Source: Myxococcota bacterium (GTDB lineage Bacteria; Myxococcota_A; UBA796; UBA2385). Taken from it: a DNA stretch of 64,000 nucleotides. Of the stretch, positions 1 to 8,842 are shown piece after piece. The notes below the pieces were generated by a model. The model did no database searches, was not told where the DNA came from, and saw only the letters and a program-made list of their open reading frames with translations. How positions within the stretch are numbered: position 1 is the first letter of the stretch; each line of letters starts with the position of its first letter. A program made the position numbers and the translations under genes. The stretch spans positions 160,001 through 224,000 of the forward strand of contig JBIJDH010000006.1 of assembly GCA_044344255.1 (NCBI GenBank). The letters are read 5' to 3'.

Positions 1-388
1 ACCAGCCGCAGGCCACCACCGCGCGCAGCACCGCGGGGATGTTGGCCCCCTTCGTCCCGAAGCTCGCGCGCGCGAGCACAGGGAAGGGGATGCCGTACTT
101 CGTGCCGGGGTGGGCGTTCAAGAGGATGGGCACGAGCACGATGATGTTGCCGAGCCCGATCGTGAGCAGGGCCTGCCACCAGTTCATGCCGGCGGCGAGG
201 AGGCTCGCGGCCAGCGTGTAGGTGGGGATGCAGTGCGCCATGGAGATCCACAGCGCGGCGAAGTTGTAGGTGGTCCAGGTGCGACGCCCCTCGGGCACCG
301 GGGCGAGGTCTGCGTTGAACAGCGGGCTGTCACCGATGTCCGGGGGCAGCGCGGCCAGGGCCTCGCGCGCCAGCGTGGGATCGTGCAT
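1..388 (-). CDS. NCS1 family nucleobase:cation symporter (5' part; runs off the window edge)
   Basis: Manual minus-strand translation from ATG at 388: MHDPTLA...LFNADLAPVPEGRRTWTTYNFAALWISMAHCIPTY...GMNWWQALLTIGLGNIIVL..NAHPGTKYGIPFPVLARASFG. This is the typical NCS1/cytosine-permease N-terminus. Not in the ORF track because the stop lies outside the window. Confidence 0.9.
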   Translation of the reverse strand, partial: MHDPTLAREALAALPPDIGDSPLFNADLAPVPEGRRTWTTYNFAALWISMAHCIPTYTLAASLLAAGMNWWQALLTIGLGNIIVLVPILLNAHPGTKYGIPFPVLARASFGTKGANIPAVLRAVVACGW

Positions 389-413
389 GAGGGCTCCAAG
401 TCGGGCGGCGATG

Positions 414-1622
414 CTACCGGATTTCTGCGCGCCGAGAGAGCGGGATGAAGACGCCGAGCGACAAGAGCGACAGGACCAGCGCGGCCGCCGAGGCCAGGGG
501 GCTCAGCACGAAGGCGCCGATGGGCAGACAGAGCAGGCGGAGGAGCTCGAGGGTCTGCGCGCCCGGCCGTCGATCGAGCAGCCAGCCCCAAGAGGCGAGG
601 GTCCAGAGGATGAGCCCGCCGGCCGCCCCCTGCTGGGCCGCGGGGAGCGAAGCCTGGAGGAGGAGGAGGGCGGTGAGCGTGATGGAGACGACCACGAGCC
701 AGGCGGCGATGTAAGCGAGCAGCCCCGCCTCGACGGGCGGGTCAAAGCGGAGGGTCGGGCTGGGGGTGGGGATGCGCTGGGGGCCCCCCTCGGCGGCGGT
801 GCGCCACTCGGGCGGGGCCACCCAGACCCGCAGCCGATCGAGGCCCCGGGCGGCGAGGCTCCGGTCGAGCAGCTTCTTCAAGGGGGCGAGGTTGGCGCGC
901 AGGCTGTCTGCGCTCTCGAAGCCCTCGACGACGCCGTAGACGGGCTCCTCCCCCTCCGGCTCGAAGGTGCCGAAGAGGCGGTCCCAGACGATGAACACGC
1001 CGGCGTGGTTGCGGTCGATGTAGCGGGGGTTGATGCCGTGGTGGACGCGGTGGTGGCTGGGCGTGTTGAGGACGAGCTCCAGCGGGCCGAGCCTTCCGAC
1101 GAGGCGGGTGTGAATCCAGAACTGGTACACGGTGTTGAGGGCGTTGCAGGTCAAGAAGACCAGCGGGGAGACGCCGAGCACCGCCAGCGGCAGGTAGAAG
1201 GGCGCCGCGGTGATGGTGGTGAAGATGGCCTGCCGGAGCGCTATCGCGAGGTTGTAGTCCTCACTCTGGTGGTGGACGACGTGAGCCGCCCAGAGGATGC
1301 CCACCCGGTGGCTCGCGCGGTGCCAAAGGTAATAGAGGAAGTCCACCGCGACGAAAGCGCCGATCCAGACGGGGAGCGTGTCTGGGAGCTGCCAGAGGGC
1401 CGCGGCCGCGTAGACGGCGGTGTAGCTGGCCGCGAAGACCAAGGGCCCCAGGAGCAAGCCGAGGGTCTGGCTGGAGATGCCGCAAGCCAGCGAGGAGATC
1501 ACCTCCACCGCTCGATAGGCCGGCCGCGGCCCGCGCTGGCAGCCCATGAGCTTCGCCGCCAGGAGCTCCGCCCCGATGAGCACAAAGAAGCCGGGGATGG
1601 AGAGCGCGATCGGGTTGAGCAT
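414..1622 (-). CDS. Fatty acid hydroxylase/sterol desaturase family protein, alkylglycerol monooxygenase (AGMO)-like
   Basis: His boxes WHRASH, HVVHHQSEDYNL, FWIHT and TPSHHRVHHG, with hydrophobic segments. Start placed at MLNPIAL (1622); the ORF is open to 1718. Confidence 0.85.
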   Translation of the reverse strand: MLNPIALSIPGFFVLIGAELLAAKLMGCQRGPRPAYRAVEVISSLACGISSQTLGLLLGPLVFAASYTAVYAAAALWQLPDTLPVWIGAFVAVDFLYYLWHRASHRVGILWAAHVVHHQSEDYNLAIALRQAIFTTITAAPFYLPLAVLGVSPLVFLTCNALNTVYQFWIHTRLVGRLGPLELVLNTPSHHRVHHGINPRYIDRNHAGVFIVWDRLFGTFEPEGEEPVYGVVEGFESADSLRANLAPLKKLLDRSLAARGLDRLRVWVAPPEWRTAAEGGPQRIPTPSPTLRFDPPVEAGLLAYIAAWLVVVSITLTALLLLQASLPAAQQGAAGGLILWTLASWGWLLDRRPGAQTLELLRLLCLPIGAFVLSPLASAAALVLSLLSLGVFIPLSRRAEIR

Positions 1623-1785
1623 CGGGTCCCACGGGGGAGGGGGGTCGGATTCCGAAGGCACAGAATAGCTGATCGACCTCTCCCGCTGTCCGGTCCGGCG
1701 GGTTCCGGCGCGCGCCACCGCCGCGCCCGAGGCGGAGCTCCGGCGAGCCGGCTATGCTCGGGGGAGCCGCTTGGAGGGCCCCCGA

Positions 1786-3867
1786 ATGCGTCGCTCAACC
1801 CTTGGACACCGCGCCTCGAATGGTCTTGTGGGGGGCCGCGCCGCCGCCGCCCTCATCGTGCTGCTCCTCGCGTGCTCCGGGAAGGGCAGCGGAAGCGACA
1901 ATGGGGAAGTGGGGGGCACCGATGGCACCGATGGCACCGATGGGACGGACGGCGGCTCGGAGTCCACGGCGATCAGCCTCAGCCTGAGCTCCCAGTACGC
2001 TGAGCTCGACGGCGACATCACCGCGACCGTCGTCGTCACGGGGGCCGACGGCTCCGTGCTCTCCGAGCCCTACACCTTGGTGAGCGACGCCGCTTCGGGC
2101 GTGAGCATCGACGGCGACGTCCTCTCCTTCAGCGAAGAGGGTGCGTACACCTTCACCGCCTCCTTGAACAGCGACCCCAGCGTGTTCGCTACCTCTTCGC
2201 CCGTCTTCGTCGATGAGAACGGGCCGCTGATCACGCTCGACAGCCCGAGCCGCGGCGCCTTCAACGCGGGGGGGGCGGTCACGGTGAGCGGTCACGTGAT
2301 CGACAACGCCGCCGGGGTGGCCGGCCTCACCGTCAACGGCAGCCCCGTCACGGTGGACGCCGACGGCGCCTTCTCCACCTCGGTCACCCTCGATCCGGGC
2401 GAGCAGACGCTCCTGCTCGCGGCCTCCGACAACGACGTGCCGGCCAACGAGGCCGACGTGCTGGTCGGCCTCACCGCCGGCGACTACCAGCCGGTCGGCA
2501 GCGCCCTCAGCAAGGCCCTTGAGGTGCGACTCTCCGAGGAGGCGCTCGGCGCCTTCGCGGCCACCCTCTCCGGGGAGCTCAGCGCCGACGTGATCGAGGA
2601 CTCCCTCATCGCCTCGAACCCGATCGCCACCGTGGGCATCTCTTGCCTGTCGGTCGAAGTCAACGTCACCTCCTTCGACTACGACAGCCTCAGCGCCGAC
2701 CTCAGCCCCGACACCGGTAAGCTCAGCTTGGACGCTGTGATGACCGGCATGGTCATCGGCCTCAACAACGTGGCCTACTTCTGCTCGACCACCGCCAACC
2801 CCTACGCTGGCATCATCTCGGCCGACGAGGTCAACATCCTCGCCGACATGACCGTGACCGTGCCCACGCCGGGTGATGTCGATGTGGCCATCACCGACTC
2901 CGACGTCAGCTTCACCAACCTCGCGGTGGACGTCGGCGGCCTCGAAGACCTCCTCGACACCTTCGGGGTCACGCTCGCAGACCTCGGTGTGGACCTCGAG
3001 GGTCTGCTCGGCGACGCGATCAACGAGACCCTGATCGCCGACCTGCCCGATCAGATCGCGGCGGCCCTCGAGGCCATCACCTTCCACGAGGGCTTCGACT
3101 TCGTGGGGGCCAGCGTCACCCTTGACGCCCTCGTGAGCGAGGTGGTGCTCGATCCGCTCGGCATGACGATGCGCTTCGACGCCGACGCGGTCGCCGACAC
3201 GGTCAAGGCCGACCTGCCCGCCAACCCCGGCTCCTGGCTCCAGGGCGGCGGGGCGCCCGCCTACGACGGCGCCGACGGCATGAACCTCTCGCTCGCGCTC
3301 GACCTCTTCAACCGCATGCTCTACGCGGGTTGGAGCGCCGGGGCCTTCGATCAGGACCTCTCGAACGAGGAGCTGGCCCTCGATCCGGCGGCCATCGGCC
3401 TCATCTTCCCGGGCGCGACCACGCTCAACCTCGTGATCGTGCCCTCGATGCCGCCGGTGCTCAGCCCCGGCACGGGGGACGGCCTCTTCGACCTCGACAT
3501 GGATGAGCTCCAGCTGGTGGCCACGGGCGACGTCGACGGGGTGGAGCAGGTGCTCACTACGGCCTCGCTCCACCTCCACGCCGACCTCGACGCCACCGTC
3601 GACGCTGACGGCCTGATCTCGATCGCCGTCGAGAACCTGAGCCCGACCGCCGACGTCTACCCCGCCGACATGAGCTCGACTGCGGCGGCGGAGTCCTTGG
3701 AGGCCACCCTCGGCAGCCTCGCCGGTGTGCTCCTCGGCGACCTCTTCCCCGGCATCGAGCTCCAGCTCCCGGCGCTGCCCGGCTACACCCTCGAGCCGAC
3801 CGGCCTCGAGGCGAGCGGTGACGCCCTCACCTGGATGACCGTCGGCGGCACCCTCGTCGTGGATTGA
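1786..3867 (+). CDS. Large acidic lipoprotein: Ig-like domains plus possible BPI/LBP (TULIP)-like C-terminal region
   Basis: Lipobox LLLAC and a GTD-repeat linker. Ig-like segment VTVSGHV...LTVNG.PV...DGAFS..V.L.PG. The C-terminal region (LEVRLSEEAL, LSLALDLFNRMLYAGW.AG) resembles a lipid-binding tubular fold; that domain call is inference. Confidence 0.65.
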   Translation: MRRSTLGHRASNGLVGGRAAAALIVLLLACSGKGSGSDNGEVGGTDGTDGTDGTDGGSESTAISLSLSSQYAELDGDITATVVVTGADGSVLSEPYTLVSDAASGVSIDGDVLSFSEEGAYTFTASLNSDPSVFATSSPVFVDENGPLITLDSPSRGAFNAGGAVTVSGHVIDNAAGVAGLTVNGSPVTVDADGAFSTSVTLDPGEQTLLLAASDNDVPANEADVLVGLTAGDYQPVGSALSKALEVRLSEEALGAFAATLSGELSADVIEDSLIASNPIATVGISCLSVEVNVTSFDYDSLSADLSPDTGKLSLDAVMTGMVIGLNNVAYFCSTTANPYAGIISADEVNILADMTVTVPTPGDVDVAITDSDVSFTNLAVDVGGLEDLLDTFGVTLADLGVDLEGLLGDAINETLIADLPDQIAAALEAITFHEGFDFVGASVTLDALVSEVVLDPLGMTMRFDADAVADTVKADLPANPGSWLQGGGAPAYDGADGMNLSLALDLFNRMLYAGWSAGAFDQDLSNEELALDPAAIGLIFPGATTLNLVIVPSMPPVLSPGTGDGLFDLDMDELQLVATGDVDGVEQVLTTASLHLHADLDATVDADGLISIAVENLSPTADVYPADMSSTAAAESLEATLGSLAGVLLGDLFPGIELQLPALPGYTLEPTGLEASGDALTWMTVGGTLVVD

Positions 3868-3953
3868 GGGGCTTGCCCTCAACGGTGGAAGGGGGCTCGC
3901 CCCCAACGGTGGAAGGGGGCTCGCCCCCAACGGTGGAGGGGGGCGAGCCCCCG
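3868..3953. repeat. 24-bp tandem repeat with internal hairpins (REP-like)
   Basis: AACGGTGGAAGGGGGCTCGCCCCC at 3881, 3905 and a variant at 3929. Each unit carries GGGGG-N4-CCCCC, and a partial copy lies at 3868-3880. Confidence 0.85.
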
Positions 3954-4019
3954 ACGGGGGGAGGGGACGCGGGCGCCGAGGCCCCCTCGCCGGCGCAGGG
4001 ATCTGATAGCCTGCGCGGC

Positions 4020-4901
4020 GTGGCCCACCCGAGACCCCATCCCTCGCCGCTCCCCCCGCTGACGGCGCCGGTCCGTCGGATCGGCGCGGAGCTGGAGCCA
4101 GGGCACGCCTCTGGGGGGCTGGGCGAGCTGTGGAGGCACCGACGGCTGGTCTGGGCCTTCGTGATGAACGACCTCAAGCACCGCTATGTGGGCAGCTCGA
4201 TCGGCTTCTTCTGGACCGTCGTGACCCCGCTGCTCGAGCTCGTCACCTACACCTTCGTGTTCCACTTCCTCATCGGGGTGCGCTTCCACGAGGACGCGGG
4301 CTGGTCGCACTACGCGCTCTTCTTGTTCTGCGGCATGGTGACGTGGTTCAGCGTGCAGGACGGCCTCAGCAAGGCGGCGACCTCCATCACCGACCACGGC
4401 CACCTCATCAAGAAGGTGAACTTCCAGGCCATCACGCTGCCCGGCTACGTCGTGGCCAGCGCCATCTTGAACCAGGTCATCCGCCTCGGGGTGCTCTCGG
4501 CGGCGGTGGTGCTGATCGGGCCGGGGCTCTCCTGGCACTTCTTGCTCGTGCCCTTCGTGCTCGTGGTTCAGGCCTCGTTCGTGTTGGGCGCCGGGATGCT
4601 GCTCGCCACGTTGAACGTCTACTTTCGAGATACCATCCACTGGGTGAGGGCCGGGCTGCTGCTCTGGATGTTCGTCACCCCGATCTTCTACCCGGCCTCC
4701 AAGTACGCCGACCGCTTCGGGCTCCTCCTCCAGCTGAACCCGCTCGCGCACCTCGTCGGCGTGTACCACCAGCTCATCCTCAACCACCGGCTGCCGCACC
4801 CCCACAACCTGCTGGTGGTCGCCGTCATGGCCGCGTTCTCTTTGCTCGTCGGCTACTCGGTCTTCCATCACCACCGCGACCGCTTCTCCGATCTCGTCTG
4901 A
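4020..4901 (+). CDS. ABC-2 type polysaccharide export permease (Wzm/RfbA-like)
   Basis: LWRHRRLVWAFVMNDLKHRYVGSSIGFFW, LIKKVNF, LNVYFRD, FVTPIFYP, LNPLAH, ending RFSDLV. Start uncertain (GTG at 4020 chosen). Confidence 0.9.
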   Translation: MAHPRPHPSPLPPLTAPVRRIGAELEPGHASGGLGELWRHRRLVWAFVMNDLKHRYVGSSIGFFWTVVTPLLELVTYTFVFHFLIGVRFHEDAGWSHYALFLFCGMVTWFSVQDGLSKAATSITDHGHLIKKVNFQAITLPGYVVASAILNQVIRLGVLSAAVVLIGPGLSWHFLLVPFVLVVQASFVLGAGMLLATLNVYFRDTIHWVRAGLLLWMFVTPIFYPASKYADRFGLLLQLNPLAHLVGVYHQLILNHRLPHPHNLLVVAVMAAFSLLVGYSVFHHHRDRFSDLV

Positions 4902-5036
4902 CTTGCCGCCTTGGCTCTTCCGCGTTCGCGTGGGGATGGTAAGGTCCGAAGAGACCCCCGATCCGGGGAGAGGGCGCTGGTTTCGCCTTCCCCGAGTCGG
5001 CCGCTCCTCTACCGGACCTCCTACACCGGAACTGCC

Positions 5037-6524
5037 GTGGCCCAGAAGAACTCCAAGGTCCTGTTCATCAAGTACCACGAGGCCGCTGACCAGCAGCCCC
5101 TGTCGCAGAAGGCCGCGGAGAAGCTGGGGATCTTTCCGAGTCTCGCGCTGGCCAGCCTCGCGTCCTGGCTGCGACAGAACGAGTTCCCGGTCAGCATCAT
5201 TGACCTCCACGTCGAGAACCTGTTCCCGAAGGACGCCCACAGCCGGGTCTCCGACTACAACCCCACCATCGTCTGCCTGACCAGCAAGACGCTCGGCTGG
5301 CCGGCGGTGATCGAGATCGCGCAGATGGTGCGGGAGGCGGCCCCGCAGGCCCTGGTCGTGGTGGGCGGGCCGCACATGAGCATCTACCCGAAGGAGTCGC
5401 TGACCTGGGACTGCTTCGACATCGCGGTCGTGGGCGACGGCGAAGAGACCTTGCTCGAGATCTGTGAGCGGGTCGAGGCCGGCGCCACCGTGGCCGACCT
5501 CCAGGACATCCTCGGCACGGTCGTGCGGCGTCCCACCGGTGAGGTCGTCCAGAACGCGCCCCGGCCGCTCCCGAAGGACATCAACAAGTACCCGATGCCC
5601 GCCTGGGATCTCATCCCGGTGGCCAACTACCACTGCCTGACGCTCCTCAAGCCCTTCGCCACGATGGTCACCACCCGCGGCTGTCCCTGGCACTGCGGCT
5701 ACTGCTCCCAGGTCTACTCTGAGAAGCTGCGCTTCCGCGACGTGGAGCTCGTGGTCGACGAGATGGAGCACCTCGAGAAGGTGTACGGCGTGAGGGAGAT
5801 CGTCTTCTTCGATGAGACCTTCACCATCGGCAAGCGCCGGATGCTCAAGTTCTCCGAGGAGGTCCAGAAGCGCGGCCTCAAGGTGAAGTTCAACATCCGC
5901 GCCCGCGTGGACACCGTGGACCGCGACGTGGTCCGCGCCCTCAAGAAGGCCGGCCTGCGCTCGATCCACATGGGGGTTGAGGCCGGCACCGATCGCGTCC
6001 TCAAGATCATGAACAAGCAGATCACCCGTGAGCAGACCGAGCGGGCCTTCCGAATCTGCCGCGAGGAGGGCGTGGACACCCGCGGCTACTTCATGGTCGG
6101 CTACTACGACGCCACCCCCGACGACGTCGAGGACATGATCAAGTTCGCCAGCGGCCTCGGCCTCGACTGGGCGAGCTTCTCGGTGGCCACGGCGCTCCCG
6201 GCGACCGACCTCTACCGCATCGCCCAGGAGCGCGGATACGTCGATGGCGACTACTGGAAGCAGTACACCATCGACGGCGGTGGCGTCATCCCGCAGCTCG
6301 AGACCGAGACCTTCACCTCTGAGCAGCTCCGCGCCTTCCGCACGAAGGCGTACATGAACTTCTACCTCCGCCCCGATCTCATCCGTCGGAAGCTCAGCAA
6401 GAGCGAAGGTCGGGAGGAGCTCATGGAGATGCTCGGCGGCGCCACGGTGCTCTCGGAGATCGTGAAGAGCACGCTCTTCAAGCGGATCCCCAAGGTGGGC
6501 CTCGGCAAGTGGGGCACCGTCTGA
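5037..6524 (+). CDS. Cobalamin-binding radical SAM protein (class B methyltransferase-like)
   Basis: N-terminal B12-binding region (PSLALASLAS, VVVGGPH, GDGEET), TRGCPWHCGYC, FFDETF, GVEAG and YFMVG. Start at GTG 5037 is estimated. Confidence 0.9.
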   Translation: MAQKNSKVLFIKYHEAADQQPLSQKAAEKLGIFPSLALASLASWLRQNEFPVSIIDLHVENLFPKDAHSRVSDYNPTIVCLTSKTLGWPAVIEIAQMVREAAPQALVVVGGPHMSIYPKESLTWDCFDIAVVGDGEETLLEICERVEAGATVADLQDILGTVVRRPTGEVVQNAPRPLPKDINKYPMPAWDLIPVANYHCLTLLKPFATMVTTRGCPWHCGYCSQVYSEKLRFRDVELVVDEMEHLEKVYGVREIVFFDETFTIGKRRMLKFSEEVQKRGLKVKFNIRARVDTVDRDVVRALKKAGLRSIHMGVEAGTDRVLKIMNKQITREQTERAFRICREEGVDTRGYFMVGYYDATPDDVEDMIKFASGLGLDWASFSVATALPATDLYRIAQERGYVDGDYWKQYTIDGGGVIPQLETETFTSEQLRAFRTKAYMNFYLRPDLIRRKLSKSEGREELMEMLGGATVLSEIVKSTLFKRIPKVGLGKWGTV

Positions 6525-6619
6525 GCGGAGCGGCGTCCCGTCTGAGGGCCGCCCCCGTCTGAGGGGCGTCCCGTCTGAGCGGCGGCCCCGTCTGAGCGGC
6601 GCTCTGCCGAGCGCCGCTC
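6517..6619. repeat. Five copies of CCGTCTGAG followed by a perfect 11-bp hairpin between convergent genes (probable terminator region)
   Basis: CCGTCTGAG at 6517, 6538, 6555, 6571 and 6588. Hairpin GAGCGGCGCTC-TGCC-GAGCGCCGCTC at 6594-6619. Confidence 0.8.
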
Positions 6620-6629
6620 ACGCGGCCCG

Positions 6630-7775
6630 TCAGTTGGTGCTGAGCTTCTGCGTGAGGTGATTGCCGACGGTGAGCGATCGGTCCGCGTCGGTGATGACGG
6701 CGGTGGAGGTGCGCTCATCGACCCGCACGACCACGAGGCGGCCGATCACCGAGAGGGGGAGCTTGTCGTCCTCCCGCTTGATGTCGAGCATCTCGTCCCG
6801 GCGCTCGTAGATGTAGAAGCTCGAGCCGACGCGTACGCCGTCCTCGCGGCCGCGGTCGATGAAGACCGTCTCGCCGGGGGCCATGGAGAAGCTCTCCTCG
6901 TTGGTGCGGGCGACGAGGGTGGCGACGACGTCGCCCTTGGGCTCGGCGACCTCGATCTGCACCGCGACGGGGAGCATGGGGCCGACGAGGTCCCCGCGCT
7001 CCACCTCGCTCCAAGACTGGCGGAGCACCGCGGAGACATACTTGCCCTCCTGGTGCACGATCTTGGCCTCGGCGACGATGCGGTAGAGGCTACCGTACTT
7101 CTCCTTCGTCTCGGGGTGCCGGACCTTCTTCGAGACCCGTCGGAAGACGGTGACCACGTCTCCGCACTGGAAGGCATCGGGATCATCGACCTTGAGGTAG
7201 ATGAGATCTCGCTCGGAGAGCATGCTCTGTAAGCCGCGGGCCTTCGGCACGGTGCCGTAGACCTCGAGGTCGTCCTTCTGAGCCAGGAAGCCGGGCGCAA
7301 TGTAGGTGCGGGCGTCGCGGGTCTGGTTGAAGCGGACGTTCGGGCCACACTCGGCGTCGGAGGTGGAGTAGTCGGACTGCGCGTCCACGTAGCCGCCGCC
7401 CGCGCTCATCGTCTCGAGCTCCACCGAGGGCGGGTCGAGCAGCGTGCCCATGCGGAAGACGATGCGGTTGCCGGGGTAGATCCAGTGCGGGTTCGTGATG
7501 TAGTCGTTGATCGACCACAGCCGCGGCCAGTAGAAGGCGTTGCCCAGGAACGCGCTCGAGATCTCCCAGAGGGTGTCGCCCGTCTGGACGGTGTAGTAGT
7601 CGGGGACGGTGGCCCCGCCCCCGCCGCCGCCCATGGCGACTTGATCTCCCATGTTGTCGACGATCTGCTCGACCTGCTGGGCGTCAGCGGGGGCGCTGAG
7701 GCAGAGCCCGCCCAGGAGGAAGAGCGAGGGCAGGGGAGAGGGACAGCGGGGGGGACAGGGCATCAGCGACTCCAC
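6630..7775 (-). CDS. LysM peptidoglycan-binding secreted protein (TsaP-like architecture)
   Basis: Signal peptide, LysM motif YTVQTGDTLWEIS...WPRLWSINDYITNPHWIYPG, and C-terminal VFIDRGREDGVRVG (FlgT-C-like). Confidence 0.85.
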   Translation of the reverse strand: MESLMPCPPRCPSPLPSLFLLGGLCLSAPADAQQVEQIVDNMGDQVAMGGGGGGATVPDYYTVQTGDTLWEISSAFLGNAFYWPRLWSINDYITNPHWIYPGNRIVFRMGTLLDPPSVELETMSAGGGYVDAQSDYSTSDAECGPNVRFNQTRDARTYIAPGFLAQKDDLEVYGTVPKARGLQSMLSERDLIYLKVDDPDAFQCGDVVTVFRRVSKKVRHPETKEKYGSLYRIVAEAKIVHQEGKYVSAVLRQSWSEVERGDLVGPMLPVAVQIEVAEPKGDVVATLVARTNEESFSMAPGETVFIDRGREDGVRVGSSFYIYERRDEMLDIKREDDKLPLSVIGRLVVVRVDERTSTAVITDADRSLTVGNHLTQKLSTN

Positions 7776-7809
7776 CGGCGGGGAGGTTCCCAGGAGTGGG
7801 ACCCTGCTG

Positions 7810-8472
7810 TCAAGGGGCGCTGGCCACGATGAGGTCTGAGGAGCCGAGGCGGGCGGCGAGGCCCTGGCGGGCGGTCTCTGCGGCCTTCCGATCGGGGTAG
7901 CCCCCGACCCGCACGCGGTACCAGGTGGTGCCGTCCACGAGGGCGGCCACGCGGTACACCTGGAGCTTTCGTTCGCTCAGCTCGGCCATCTTGGCCTCCG
8001 CCTCGGCGAGGGTGGGGTAGCTCGCGATCTGCACGGACCAGCCGGCCTTCGCGGGGGCCTCTTCGGTGGGGGCCGTCTCGGGGCGCGGTTCAACCGCCAC
8101 CGCCGCCGGTGTGGGCGGCTCGGTGGGGGTGACGGCCTGGATCGCGACCTCGCCGGTGAGGACCTCGGGGAAGACCATGTGATCGGCCCTCTCGTCGGTG
8201 ACCGCCCGGCCGGAGGGCGAGATGGCCGACTGGGCGTACTCCACCTCGCGCAGCAGCGCCTCGAGCGCGTCTTCCTGCGTGGGATCGGGCAGGAAGCTCG
8301 CAGTTGCGGCCGCCACAGGCCCGGGCTCCTCCCCCCCCCGCTTGCCCACCTGGAGGCCGATGAGGAAGGCGAGGGAGGCGACGCACAAGTTGGCGACGCC
8401 GAGGGCCATCAAGTGGCTGCGGGTGATCCAGATCTGGCGATCTGCCCGGCGGGGGATGTCGGTGCGCTGCAT
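7810..8472 (-). CDS. SPOR domain membrane-anchored protein
   Basis: N-terminal TM helix, Pro/Ala/Glu linker, and C-terminal WSVQIASY...WYRVRVGGY.DR..AE. Confidence 0.88.
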   Translation of the reverse strand: MQRTDIPRRADRQIWITRSHLMALGVANLCVASLAFLIGLQVGKRGGEEPGPVAAATASFLPDPTQEDALEALLREVEYAQSAISPSGRAVTDERADHMVFPEVLTGEVAIQAVTPTEPPTPAAVAVEPRPETAPTEEAPAKAGWSVQIASYPTLAEAEAKMAELSERKLQVYRVAALVDGTTWYRVRVGGYPDRKAAETARQGLAARLGSSDLIVASAP

Positions 8473-8558
8473 CGGTGGGCCACTGGCTGGGGGACGAGAG
8501 CAGGGAGAAGGAGAGGCTAACTCACGATGACCGTAGCGTCTGCCCCCTTCGCCCTTGC

Positions 8559-8634
8559 CATGTCAACAAACGACCACATGAGCAATCGAGAGGTGGGATG
8601 CGGTCGTTGACGTGCCTTGACATGGCTTGACATG
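8559..8634. promoter_or_regulatory. Phased direct repeats, candidate transcription-factor binding site in a divergent promoter region
   Basis: TTGAC(G/A)TG at 8607, 8617 and 8627 (exact 10-bp period), plus an inverted copy CATGTCAA at 8559-8566. Confidence 0.55.
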
Positions 8635-8842
8635 CTGGGCGGGCGCGGATTACCCCGCCGGTCATTGCGAACTCCAGGTGTGGGTCCGGCCCCATGTGCC
8701 CCGGCGTTGCTCGGATCCCCCGGCTCCCTCCCCTCGGCTTGCGACACCGGGGCGGGGGAGCCGGCATCCTGGGCCGCCCTCCCGGCTCGGTTAGTTGCTG
8801 TCGCGCGTGAGCGGCGCGACCATCACCGAAATTGGGGCGTTC

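Noticed and set aside
6517..6596. CCGTCTGA resembles the Neisseria DNA uptake sequence GCCGTCTGAA
   Set aside because: The match is imperfect, clustered at one site and derived from the gene's own stop context; the lineage is also wrong.
3868..6619. The two short repeat arrays as possible CRISPR arrays
   Set aside because: Units are 9-24 bp with constant or very short spacers, and there are no cas genes in the window.
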